Below, piece after piece: positions 44,501-51,286 of a stretch of 64,000 nucleotides of DNA. The stretch is from a virus (taxonomy: Duplodnaviria > Heunggongvirae > Uroviricota > Caudoviricetes), in IMG/VR virus record IMGVR_UViG_3300009500_000011, positions 104,585 to 168,584 of that record. The stretch is one strand, 5' to 3'. Each line of letters starts with the position of its first letter. Positions within the stretch are counted from its first letter, which is position 1. The translations under genes and the position numbers were made by a program. The notes beneath the pieces are model-generated. The model was not told the DNA's origin, did no database searches, and worked only from the letters and a program-made list of their open reading frames with translations.

Positions 44501-44878
44501 TTATTTGATGAATACTCATTTACTGATGAACTTATTGGGACAAGTTTGTTAGAAAGATTTTCTCAGGACATATTACAAACAGCCGATGAAGTTGCTCGTT
44601 TAGTAAATAATAATAGAAGTGTAGAAGAAATTTTTGAATTCTTAGATATTGCTTCGCGTAAACCAGTATTTAAAATTGGTCAAAGAGTTAAATTCAGATA
44701 TAATGGTGCCTTATGTCAAGGTAAAATTATTTTAAGATATTATGCAACAAATCCTAGTGAAGGCATTAGATATCAAGTTAATGTTGATTTTTGTAGTAAT
44801 TGGAAAGCAATTGGAAAAACAACACGAATTGATGTAGATTTAAATGATTTATTATCAATTAATCCTCAGAATTGGTAA
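41543..44878 (+). CDS. giant tandem-repeat protein (~50 x 20-aa units), putative fibrous virion protein
   Basis: Period-20 repeat R-x2-S-[DE]-x-F-x-F-x-D-S-x8 over about 1000 aa. Unique C-terminal domain ending PQNW. Confidence 0.6.
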   Translation: MSLLLLYNRKLFQSTLTNSNLTSDSNSRKTYFSRTNVDSSLFSDSSARSANYNRASSDIFNLSDSLLRNTFYARSFQEIYSFFDSLNRQVDNSRSESEIFSTIDIQNLSRFYNRSSTDSFNFSDSNSRFLDFARLQSDVLIFNDLINRSTNVNRSITDQSIEIDSLTRQIIDNRQTSDVFNTILSFTEQQFLSRSTTDGLSSFTDSSSYSRVLPRSVMDTFSFSDSNSISQLLLRTFSESYSFNDVLSNSGTHIAFLSDVLTNFVDSISAEQFVSRTMSDNLTTLDLVTSVKTFYRLNSDNTNFADAISSANILNRFNIQNLNFNDSLNNQNIFNRNNSDLVNNFNDSTLISQFLNRTSNEVFSTSDILSLAQFLSRNPTDILTTLDNNGRNIFISKSVIDSILTFDSLQSTKIANLNLQETFSFSDVLLRNIIDFRTNSDSFAFVDFVNNYNIFTKSIVESFQTNDLLTREYISNQNLQENFNFLDILSESQFLQRQCSEQFNFIDGILREVIINRAMNETLLESDDITTALVFFRNINEQFSTAASVSYVHSFVRNLLENFATSNSISRALISPRNTSDFFNQIVDTLNSYKIANFNLDETFAFNDSLSQMSLVFRNFSDLFSFFDFTTSNAIIPRNIEESYPISDSLSNNNLFSRLFEEEFNFTDAVNISQSLARQFLDSFIFFDNVSTNSSGGLFLRVISDVLNTNDSSEINQFLNRENTDTSLTSDSLQNSNILNRQFQDLLSIADTLTSTNEFNRFFSDLLQTNDAANSNYVYNSNLSDNLNTSDSLNRFFLNIANLAETFTTTDSNSRESILARSLSETFSLLDLLTRVLSKVRLLNDNLPFTFDSLATYSTFFRELQEEYISSEELINESIYKRQLENTFTTLDELMRVLLIAREVFEVGEISDTVASKAVILRFVEEFFELVDNIALNQRINRSSEYQSNFSDILNREVILERFLSDSSQFFDNSLLQKVGARFFVNLFDEYSFTDELIGTSLLERFSQDILQTADEVARLVNNNRSVEEIFEFLDIASRKPVFKIGQRVKFRYNGALCQGKIILRYYATNPSEGIRYQVNVDFCSNWKAIGKTTRIDVDLNDLLSINPQNW
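41600..44640 (+). repeat. ~50 tandem 60-nt (20-aa) degenerate coding repeats
   Basis: Consecutive 20-residue units such as RASSDIFNLSDSLLRNTFYA / RSFQEIYSFFDSLNRQVDNS / RSESEIFSTIDIQNLSRFYN / RSSTDSFNFSDSNSRFLDFA. Confidence 0.75.
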
Positions 44879-44904
44879 CTTTACAGTTTCTTTACATAGC
44901 ATTG

Positions 44905-44933
44905 TTGCAAATATTGGTATGCTTGTCTATAAT
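44905..44933 (+). promoter_or_regulatory. sigma70-type promoter for the Y-RNA-like array
   Basis: TTGCAA-17 nt-TATAAT. Confidence 0.55.
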
Positions 44934-45030
44934 CTCTAATAGAGTTGAAGCTGAAGGAAACGAAGCAGGTGGTTTAAATGCCATCGGAAGCAAGTGCAAG
45001 TCTTGCCATCTCTGCCATAAAAAACTAAAT

Positions 45031-45258
45031 AAATTTGAGTTGCGTTAGAGTACGGTTACTTCTTAATTGACATATACCTAATGTCCCACCTCAATAAAGG
45101 AGTAAAATCTTTTATTGGGCTAGTCACCTGAGTCGTGGTGAGACGCATTGTGCAAATGTTAGTGGAGGCTCGTAAAATAAGCCTAGAACTAAAAATTCTT
45201 AGACTTAAGATGTAAAAATCAAAAGTCGGTCCCGTACTTGCCCTCTTCTCTCAAATTT
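45031..45258 (+). ncRNA. Y-RNA-like element A (upstream of Ro60 gene)
   Basis: Terminal helix AAATTTGAG/CTCAAATTT. 5' TTGCG..AGTACGG pairs with 3' CCGTACT. Conserved TTACTTCTT box. Same architecture as elements B, C and the one at 17236. Confidence 0.55.
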
Positions 45259-45275
45259 ATTTTAAAAATTAAAAA

Positions 45276-45346
45276 CTTGGGTTGCGACAGATTACAGATA
45301 CTTCTTATATGGAATAAAAAAGCTGTATTCGCTACCTTCTCCCGAG
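45276..45346 (+). ncRNA. Y-RNA-like element B (minimal hairpin version)
   Basis: CTTGGG/CCCGAG terminal helix. Internal loop tt / TACCTTCT. GCGACAG pairs with CTGT-att-CGC. ATACTTCTT box in the apical region. Confidence 0.55.
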
Positions 45347-45362
45347 TATAAATTTTATAATA

Positions 45363-45456
45363 TTTAAATTGCGTTAATTACAGATACTTCTTGTATATTG
45401 GTTCGAGTCCATTAAGTGTAGTCGGTACACAACTGTAGTTGTTCCATTCGTTTAAA
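45363..45456 (+). ncRNA. Y-RNA-like element C with tRNA-like T arm
   Basis: ATTTAAA/TTTAAAT terminal helix, TTGCG...TTACAG pairing with CTGTAG, ATACTTCTT box, TGG-TTCGAGT-CCA T-arm mimic, GTGTA-gtcgg-TACAC hairpin. Confidence 0.5.
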
Positions 45457-45464
45457 TTTTATTT

Positions 45465-45498
45465 AATCCTTGGGAATATATTTCTCAAGGATTTTTTT
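45465..45498 (+). terminator. intrinsic terminator closing the Y-RNA-like array
   Basis: AATCCTTGGGA...TCTCAAGGATT followed by TTTTT. Confidence 0.6.
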
Positions 45499-45519
45499 GT
45501 TGTCATAAAGGAAAAAAGA

Positions 45520-47205
45520 ATGAAATACAATACTAAAACAGTAAATGCTGGTCCAGGAACAAAAATGATAAATCTTGCAGGCGGAGAAGCTTTTAAAGTT
45601 GATAATCGTACTGCATTATATTTAACTTCTGCAACTTCTTTAGGTGGCGGTCAAGGAAATAAATATTATGTTTCTGCAAATCAAGAATACAAAAATATTC
45701 TTGAACTAATTGAAAAGGTTTCCGCTCAAGACCCAGAATTTATTTTCCAATTGGCTGCATATTGTCGTCAAGATTTATACCTTCGTAGTATTCCAACGGT
45801 ATTATTTATCGAAGGTATTCGTGCAATGCATAAGCAAAAAAAGGCCAATGCACCATATCCAGTAGATGCATCTAAGTATGCAAATGCTATTTTTGGTCGT
45901 GCTGATGAAATTGTTGAAGCAGTTGCATATTGGCTTGGAGTTGAAGGCCATCACAAATTGCCTTCCCCTCTTCGTAAATCTTTGACCATTGCTTTAAATT
46001 CATTTGATGAATACCGCTTGCTTAAATATAATCAAGAAGATAAGCAAGTTACATTTAAAGATATTGTTCGTCTTGTGCATCCAGAACCAAAAACTGATGT
46101 GCAAAGTGCAATTTTCAAATACTTCATCAAGGATGAAATCAGTCCAGAATTAATGCCAAAGGCAACTGCCCGCAAGGCTTTGCTTTCACGTACTCAATTT
46201 GATGAAGAAGCACAACGCTTGATGAGAGATTCATCTGCTACTTGGGAAACTGTAATTGCTAAATTCGGTTCGACTAAAGAAATTTGGGAAGCAGTTATTC
46301 CAAATATGGGATACATGGCTTTATTACGTAATCTTAATAATTTTCTTAAAAAAGAAGTAGATTTAGATTTAGTAATTCCTCGCCTTGTGAATCCGCAAGA
46401 AATTCGTAAAAGCAAGCAATTGCCTTTCCGTTTTTACACAGCAATGAAACAACTTGGTGTAGAAGATAACAATAAGAATTCTACGATGACATATTATGGA
46501 TATTCCGATTCAGTAAAAACAGCATTTGAAAAATGGCGTAATGTAAATTCTAGCGATGGAATTTCTCGTTTACGTAATGCTCTTGGTGTTGCTATGAATA
46601 TTGCAGTAGAAAATGTTCCTCACCTTTCAGGTCGTACCGTTGTTGCGGCAGACCTTTCTGGTTCTATGAGTCAACCTCTTAATAACAAATCAAATGTAAC
46701 TTATCGTGAAATCGCTTGTATTATGGCTGGTATTGCTGGTTCAATAGCACCAGATAATGTAATTTGTGGATTTGGTTGTTCATTTGCTGTTGCTAAAAAA
46801 GGCAAAGATATTCTTGAAACTGCAAATAATATTGATAAATTAAATGTTGGAATGTCAACGGATGCATGGCGTATTCTTGATTACTTGCTTACAAACAAAA
46901 TTTTTGTAGATAGAGTCATGTATTTTACAGATACACAATGTTATAATTCATATGGGGGCGCAAATTTAAACGAACTTTGGAAAAAATACAAAGTTCTTTG
47001 CCAATCAACTGGTAAAAAAGTTCCTGTTCTTTATGAAGTAAATCTTGCAGGTGGTAATACATCTAGTTTTAATTCTGAACAAAGAGTTGCTACCATTGGT
47101 GGATGGTCTGAAAGAATTTTTGATTTAATTACTACTTATGAAACTGACCCTCGTCAAGCAATAAGTAAAATTAAAGAAAAATATTCAGATTTAGTATCTG
47201 TTTAA
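45520..47205 (+). CDS. rsr: Ro60-related protein (TROVE domain + vWA), Rsr-like
   Basis: Start trimmed to MKYNTKT behind AAAGGAAAAAAG. TROVE-like helical repeat region (FIFQLAAYCRQDLYLRSIP). C-terminal MIDAS AADLSGSMS. Confidence 0.85.
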   Translation: MKYNTKTVNAGPGTKMINLAGGEAFKVDNRTALYLTSATSLGGGQGNKYYVSANQEYKNILELIEKVSAQDPEFIFQLAAYCRQDLYLRSIPTVLFIEGIRAMHKQKKANAPYPVDASKYANAIFGRADEIVEAVAYWLGVEGHHKLPSPLRKSLTIALNSFDEYRLLKYNQEDKQVTFKDIVRLVHPEPKTDVQSAIFKYFIKDEISPELMPKATARKALLSRTQFDEEAQRLMRDSSATWETVIAKFGSTKEIWEAVIPNMGYMALLRNLNNFLKKEVDLDLVIPRLVNPQEIRKSKQLPFRFYTAMKQLGVEDNNKNSTMTYYGYSDSVKTAFEKWRNVNSSDGISRLRNALGVAMNIAVENVPHLSGRTVVAADLSGSMSQPLNNKSNVTYREIACIMAGIAGSIAPDNVICGFGCSFAVAKKGKDILETANNIDKLNVGMSTDAWRILDYLLTNKIFVDRVMYFTDTQCYNSYGGANLNELWKKYKVLCQSTGKKVPVLYEVNLAGGNTSSFNSEQRVATIGGWSERIFDLITTYETDPRQAISKIKEKYSDLVSV

Positions 47206-47209
47206 TAAT

Positions 47210-47240
47210 GAAGGGGTAGGGGAAATCTTACCCCTTCGTT
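47210..47240 (+). terminator. hairpin terminator after the Ro60 gene
   Basis: GAAGGGGTA...TACCCCTTC; weak T tract. Confidence 0.5.
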
Positions 47241-47282
47241 ATATAATTAGACTATATAAACTTTAATAAAAGGAATGATTTT

Positions 47283-47858
47283 ATGATTTCTTGTTGCGAT
47301 GAATGTGTAAATTATGTTGAGTGTGATAAATGTGAAGGATGTTATGAGTGTGATTCTTGTATTTGTTCGCAATCAAACTCTGGAGAAGAAGACTTTGTGG
47401 CAGAACTTCCTGATGCACCATTTGAAACTTATTATGCTCAAGATGGTTTAATTTCTTTTGGCGCATATTTAGACATTATCTTAATGTATAAAAAATTATT
47501 TTCACCTAATTTAGAAAATTCATTAAGTGTAAATGAAATGTCTATTAATTCTATGCGTGAATTTATTTGGGAAAAACTAAAAGAGCTTTCAACAGAAAAT
47601 GATGAATTTAAAGAATCTGTCGTAAATACTCAACAAAATGTTGATAAAATGCGATTAGAGTTTGAAGCAAATAAAAATAAAATGCAAAGCTTAGAGCAAG
47701 AAAACGTTAATCTTGGTAAAAATATGATTGACAAAGATGCTGAACTTGAAAGATTAAGACGAGAAATAGATACTTTAAAGAGTGAACTTAGAGTTGCCCG
47801 TGGAGTCAATTATTTTCAATCACATAATATTAAAACGGAAGACATGAAGCATGAATGA
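47283..47858 (+). CDS. Cys-rich N-terminus plus coiled-coil protein
   Basis: CCDEC..YVECDKCEGCYECDSCIC, followed by a long heptad region. Confidence 0.45.
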   Translation: MISCCDECVNYVECDKCEGCYECDSCICSQSNSGEEDFVAELPDAPFETYYAQDGLISFGAYLDIILMYKKLFSPNLENSLSVNEMSINSMREFIWEKLKELSTENDEFKESVVNTQQNVDKMRLEFEANKNKMQSLEQENVNLGKNMIDKDAELERLRREIDTLKSELRVARGVNYFQSHNIKTEDMKHE

Positions 47859-48468
47859 AAATAAAAAATACACAGGCATAATTTTTGTTGGTCCTCTTGG
47901 TTCAGGGAAAGATTTTATTTTATCTCGTATTCGTAAAGCTTTTGATGAAAGTTTGACAGAATATCATGTCTGGAATGTTGGAGATTATTATTATAAGCAT
48001 TTAGGCAAACAAATTAATAAATCCGTTAAATATATTGTTGATAATAAAGCTCGTTTTAGAAGTCAACTGCAAGCAATAGGAACAACTCCATCTATTGTTG
48101 AACAAGGTGTTGCGTATTCACTCGGGAAATATCAAGACCTTAGTGCTTGGGGTGTCTTACCTGTTTTAACAGGTAGATTAAAAAATGAAGTTATTGCTTT
48201 AAAAGAATTAGGTATTGCAGTTATTTTTGTTAAAACTTCTGTTGAAACAAGAGCAAGACGTATATATCAAAGAGACGGAAAATTTCCTTCTGAATCCCAA
48301 TTAAATCATCCAGTAGAACCTAAATTTGAAGATTTTGAAGAATTGGCAGATGCAGTAATCATAAATGAAGATGAATCTGGAGATTTTTATGTAAAATTTA
48401 ATCCCGATGTTAATGCATTAACATATCTTAATAAATCATGTCAAGGCAAACTTATTTTTGACATTTAA
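47851..48468 (+). CDS. P-loop kinase-like protein (dNMP / polynucleotide kinase-like)
   Basis: Walker A VGPLGSGKDFI at the N-terminus. Small kinase-size protein. Confidence 0.55.
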   Translation: MNENKKYTGIIFVGPLGSGKDFILSRIRKAFDESLTEYHVWNVGDYYYKHLGKQINKSVKYIVDNKARFRSQLQAIGTTPSIVEQGVAYSLGKYQDLSAWGVLPVLTGRLKNEVIALKELGIAVIFVKTSVETRARRIYQRDGKFPSESQLNHPVEPKFEDFEELADAVIINEDESGDFYVKFNPDVNALTYLNKSCQGKLIFDI

Positions 48469-48495
48469 TGTGTTTTATGATATAGAGAAATAGTT

Positions 48496-49146
48496 ATGGA
48501 AACTCAAAAAACCTTCTTTACTAGTGATAATCACTTCAATCATGAGAATATAATTAAATTTTGTTTTCGTGGTTATGGTTCTTATGAAGAAAGAAAAAAT
48601 AACCCAGAACTTCATTTCAAATCAATAGGTGAAATGAATGAAATTATGGTTCAACGTTGGAATGAAGTGGTTGGACCAACCGATACTGTATATGTACTCG
48701 GTGATTTTGCTATGGGTGATAAATATAAGTCTGTTGAATATTTTAATAGGCTAAATGGAACAAAACATCTAGTTCTTGGAAATCATGATTGTAGTAACTT
48801 TGTCAAAAAAGAAGTTCACCCTGCAATCCTTGAAATGGGTTTTGCTTCAATTACTGAAGAACTATACGCAAAAATAGATGGTCGAAATGTATGGATGGCT
48901 CACATTCCATATGGTCATAATAATGATAAACGTAACTATCTTCGTGAAAAAGTTAAGCCAGGTTTTTCTCTTAAAAAAGATGTTATTCTAAGTGGCCATG
49001 TACATGATAAATGGATTATAAATAATCATAATTCCATTAATGTGGGAACAGATGTTTGGGATTTTTACCCTCAAACCTTGTCTCAACTTCTGGAAAAAAC
49101 AAAAGACCTTCCTCGTTTTGATTCTTCAATATTTCTTCCTGTTTAA
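48496..49146 (+). CDS. metallophosphoesterase
   Basis: FTSDNHFNH, LGDF, GNHD, GHVHD motifs. Confidence 0.8.
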   Translation: METQKTFFTSDNHFNHENIIKFCFRGYGSYEERKNNPELHFKSIGEMNEIMVQRWNEVVGPTDTVYVLGDFAMGDKYKSVEYFNRLNGTKHLVLGNHDCSNFVKKEVHPAILEMGFASITEELYAKIDGRNVWMAHIPYGHNNDKRNYLREKVKPGFSLKKDVILSGHVHDKWIINNHNSINVGTDVWDFYPQTLSQLLEKTKDLPRFDSSIFLPV

Positions 49147-49147
49147 G

Positions 49148-49402
49148 ATGTGGCGACCTTTTTTCTTTTTTTCAAAGGAACCTATTGCCATTGCTAATGG
49201 TAAATTAGATGTAAACGATTATATTTGTGAAAATATGACTGATTTAAAATATGGATTTCCTACACTTTCAGATTTTAAAATAGGTCGCATGTTAGGCATG
49301 AAATATTGTAATTTATTATGGACGAGTGAAACAAGTTTTACTCCTCTTGTAATTGATTATATTAATATACATAAATTCTTTAATTTTGGTAGTGTTCCAT
49401 GA
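49148..49402 (+). CDS. hypothetical protein
   Basis: ORF 49040..49402 trimmed to the ATG at 49148 to remove overlap with the phosphoesterase. Confidence 0.35.
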   Translation: MWRPFFFFSKEPIAIANGKLDVNDYICENMTDLKYGFPTLSDFKIGRMLGMKYCNLLWTSETSFTPLVIDYINIHKFFNFGSVP

Positions 49403-49680
49403 ATCTCTATTTAGCTATTTATTTAATAATTGGGTTAATATGTGTATTAATTGGTTATTTTTTTGCTGAGTATGGCGAAGGATTGGCGATAACAGCAAAA
49501 GAATTTGAAAATCAATATACAAAATATGAATATGAAAATATAAATGAATTAATCGAATATTTTCACTATCTAAAAAATAGACCATTTTTTTCAAGAGTTT
49601 TTGGAGCATTATTGTTTGTATTTATTTGGCCAATATTCTTTTTATTAGTTATATTTCAATTAATTGCTATGCAAAAATAA
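49399..49680 (+). CDS. membrane protein (two TM helices)
   Basis: Hydrophobic N- and C-terminal segments. Confidence 0.45.
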   Translation: MNLYLAIYLIIGLICVLIGYFFAEYGEGLAITAKEFENQYTKYEYENINELIEYFHYLKNRPFFSRVFGALLFVFIWPIFFLLVIFQLIAMQK

Positions 49681-49723
49681 AAATTGTATATCTTATTAAA
49701 GACTTTAAGTTTTTTTAAGAAAT

Positions 49724-50029
49724 GTGGTGGTTGCTATGGCAAGAGATACAGTTTACATCACAATTGATATACAATTAGATTCATATGAAATAGCAAACCT
49801 ACTTTTGGCTTTAGACTATGTTCCAAAAACTGGCGAATGGTATGATAAAATTGTAAATAAAATAGCAGATGCTATGGCTCTAAAAGGTGTGAAAATAGAA
49901 GAATTTTATTATAAGCCTAATTCAGGTTTAAATTTAAAATCTGTTCATAGACACCTCGAACTTATGGAACACAAAGAAAAATATCCACATTTAAAAACAA
50001 AAAAAGTTGACAAAACTACTGAAAAGTGA
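49724..50029 (+). CDS. hypothetical protein
   Basis: Intact ORF, GTG start or ATG at 49736. Contains the promoter for tRNA-His in its 3' end. Confidence 0.4.
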   Translation: MVVAMARDTVYITIDIQLDSYEIANLLLALDYVPKTGEWYDKIVNKIADAMALKGVKIEEFYYKPNSGLNLKSVHRHLELMEHKEKYPHLKTKKVDKTTEK

Positions 50030-50035
50030 TAAAAT
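50007..50035 (+). promoter_or_regulatory. sigma70-type promoter for tRNA-His
   Basis: TTGACA-17 nt-TAAAAT, 12 nt upstream of G-1. Confidence 0.55.
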
Positions 50036-50046
50036 GTAAGAATCTT

Positions 50047-50124
50047 GGTGTTTGTAGTGTAGTGGTTTTAGCACGTTAGCCTGTGAAGCTGAAAGGGCCG
50101 TTTCGAATACGGTCAAACACCCCA
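50047..50124 (+). tRNA. tRNA-His(GTG) with genome-encoded G-1
   Basis: G-1 followed by acceptor GTGTTTG/CAAACAC with C73 opposite G-1. Arm TTAGC-CTGTGAA-GCTGA. T arm GCCGT-TTCGAAT-ACGGT, CCA. Promoter at 50007-50035. Confidence 0.85.
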
Positions 50125-50155
50125 ATTAAATCTTTCTTGAAGAAGAGAAAAATAA

Positions 50156-50284
50156 ATGCACATTATAAAAACTTACTCACCTTATCATGTTGCTTGTACA
50201 TGTAATCATCCTAAATATAAACATATTGAAGGAGCAAAATGTGTAAAAGCAGAATGTAATTGTGAGTCATTTAACCGTAAGTAA
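50156..50284 (+). CDS. candidate 42-aa Cys/His-rich peptide
   Basis: Lies between tRNA-His and tRNA-Gly; C.C..H...H...C...C.C pattern. Confidence 0.25.
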   Translation: MHIIKTYSPYHVACTCNHPKYKHIEGAKCVKAECNCESFNRK

Positions 50285-50291
50285 AATTTTT

Positions 50292-50369
50292 GCGAGTATG
50301 GTGTTTAACGGTTCAGCATGGGTGCCTTCCAAGCATTTGGTGCCGGTTCAAATCCGGCTACTCGCTCCA
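50292..50369 (+). tRNA. tRNA-Gly(TCC)
   Basis: Acceptor GCGAGTA/TACTCGC, arm GGTGC-CTTCCAA-GCATT, T arm GCCGG-TTCAAAT-CCGGC, CCA. Confidence 0.85.
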
Positions 50370-50387
50370 ATTATTTAAGGAATTATA

Positions 50388-50858
50388 GTGGCAAAACATA
50401 GATTAAGTTTTTTTCAACGTTTATCTGGTTTAACAACTGAACTTGATGGATATAAACTTGATGACAATGCCTACTTTATTTATAGTTATCGACCTCATAA
50501 ATTAAATGACGTTTATAGATATGAAATCACATTAGCCCAGGGCAAAATTGTTCAAATATCTACATTTGATTTTGATGATGACTTTCATCCTTACACTATT
50601 AAAACTGAAAAAATTTATCACCATATTCTGGATATTTTCAGAACAAGACAAAAAGTTACACCACTAGTTGATATTGATAGAAACATTGGTGTTAACCGAA
50701 ATAATATTTTTGTTAGTTATGATGCTGCACTTGAAAAATATGAAAAAATTGTTACTGAAACATTTTACTTTTTTAAAGATATGGAAGCAGCATCTTCATT
50801 TAAGAACCAAGCAGACGAATTGAATGCTCATCATGAATATCTTTTGAAGTTTTTGTAA
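50388..50858 (+). CDS. hypothetical protein
   Basis: GTG start. The 3' end overlaps the convergent minus-strand ORF by 59 nt. Confidence 0.4.
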   Translation: MAKHRLSFFQRLSGLTTELDGYKLDDNAYFIYSYRPHKLNDVYRYEITLAQGKIVQISTFDFDDDFHPYTIKTEKIYHHILDIFRTRQKVTPLVDIDRNIGVNRNNIFVSYDAALEKYEKIVTETFYFFKDMEAASSFKNQADELNAHHEYLLKFL

Positions 50859-51162
50859 GAGTTGTTTGCATAAAATCAAGACAATCTTTACACATTAAAA
50901 TTAATTTTGGATTTTGAAAATTTTCTTCATCAATAATTTCAACAAAATTATTTTTTTCTGTCTTGCAAAGCAAACATAAATGTGGTATTCCATCATTAAC
51001 TGCCAAAAAATATAAAGAATTGGAAAATTTTTCAACAATAATAAATGGCCTCATTTGATGAACAATTTCTCCAATATTTAAAAGATATTTTTCCATTAAA
51101 TCGAATTCTTCATCGGTACTAAACCCAGCAGATGTTCCATCGGGCTTGAATTTGAATAGCAT
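50800..51162 (-). CDS. hypothetical protein (reverse strand)
   Basis: 120-aa minus-strand ORF with CLLC...CKDC motifs. No competing + strand ORF across most of its length. Confidence 0.45.
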   Translation of the reverse strand: MLFKFKPDGTSAGFSTDEEFDLMEKYLLNIGEIVHQMRPFIIVEKFSNSLYFLAVNDGIPHLCLLCKTEKNNFVEIIDEENFQNPKLILMCKDCLDFMQTTLTKTSKDIHDEHSIRLLGS

Positions 51163-51186
51163 ATATTGTATAATCTCCTTATATAT

Positions 51187-51263
51187 GGCCGTATACCAGC
51201 CTAATTTCCTAAATTAGTAACTGTAGATGGACAAGGTAGGTTCGAATCCTATTGCGGCCTCCA
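51187..51263 (+). tRNA. atypical tRNA-like gene, CCT anticodon-like loop, no canonical D arm
   Basis: Acceptor GGCCGTA/TGCGGCC and T arm GTAGG-TTCGAAT-CCTAT, then T73 and CCA, are good. The only anticodon-type hairpin, CTAAT-TTCCTAA-ATTAG, starts 5 nt after position 9 and leaves an 18-nt 3' spacer. Confidence 0.45.
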
Positions 51264-51286
51264 TATAATTATAAGAAGATAATAAT

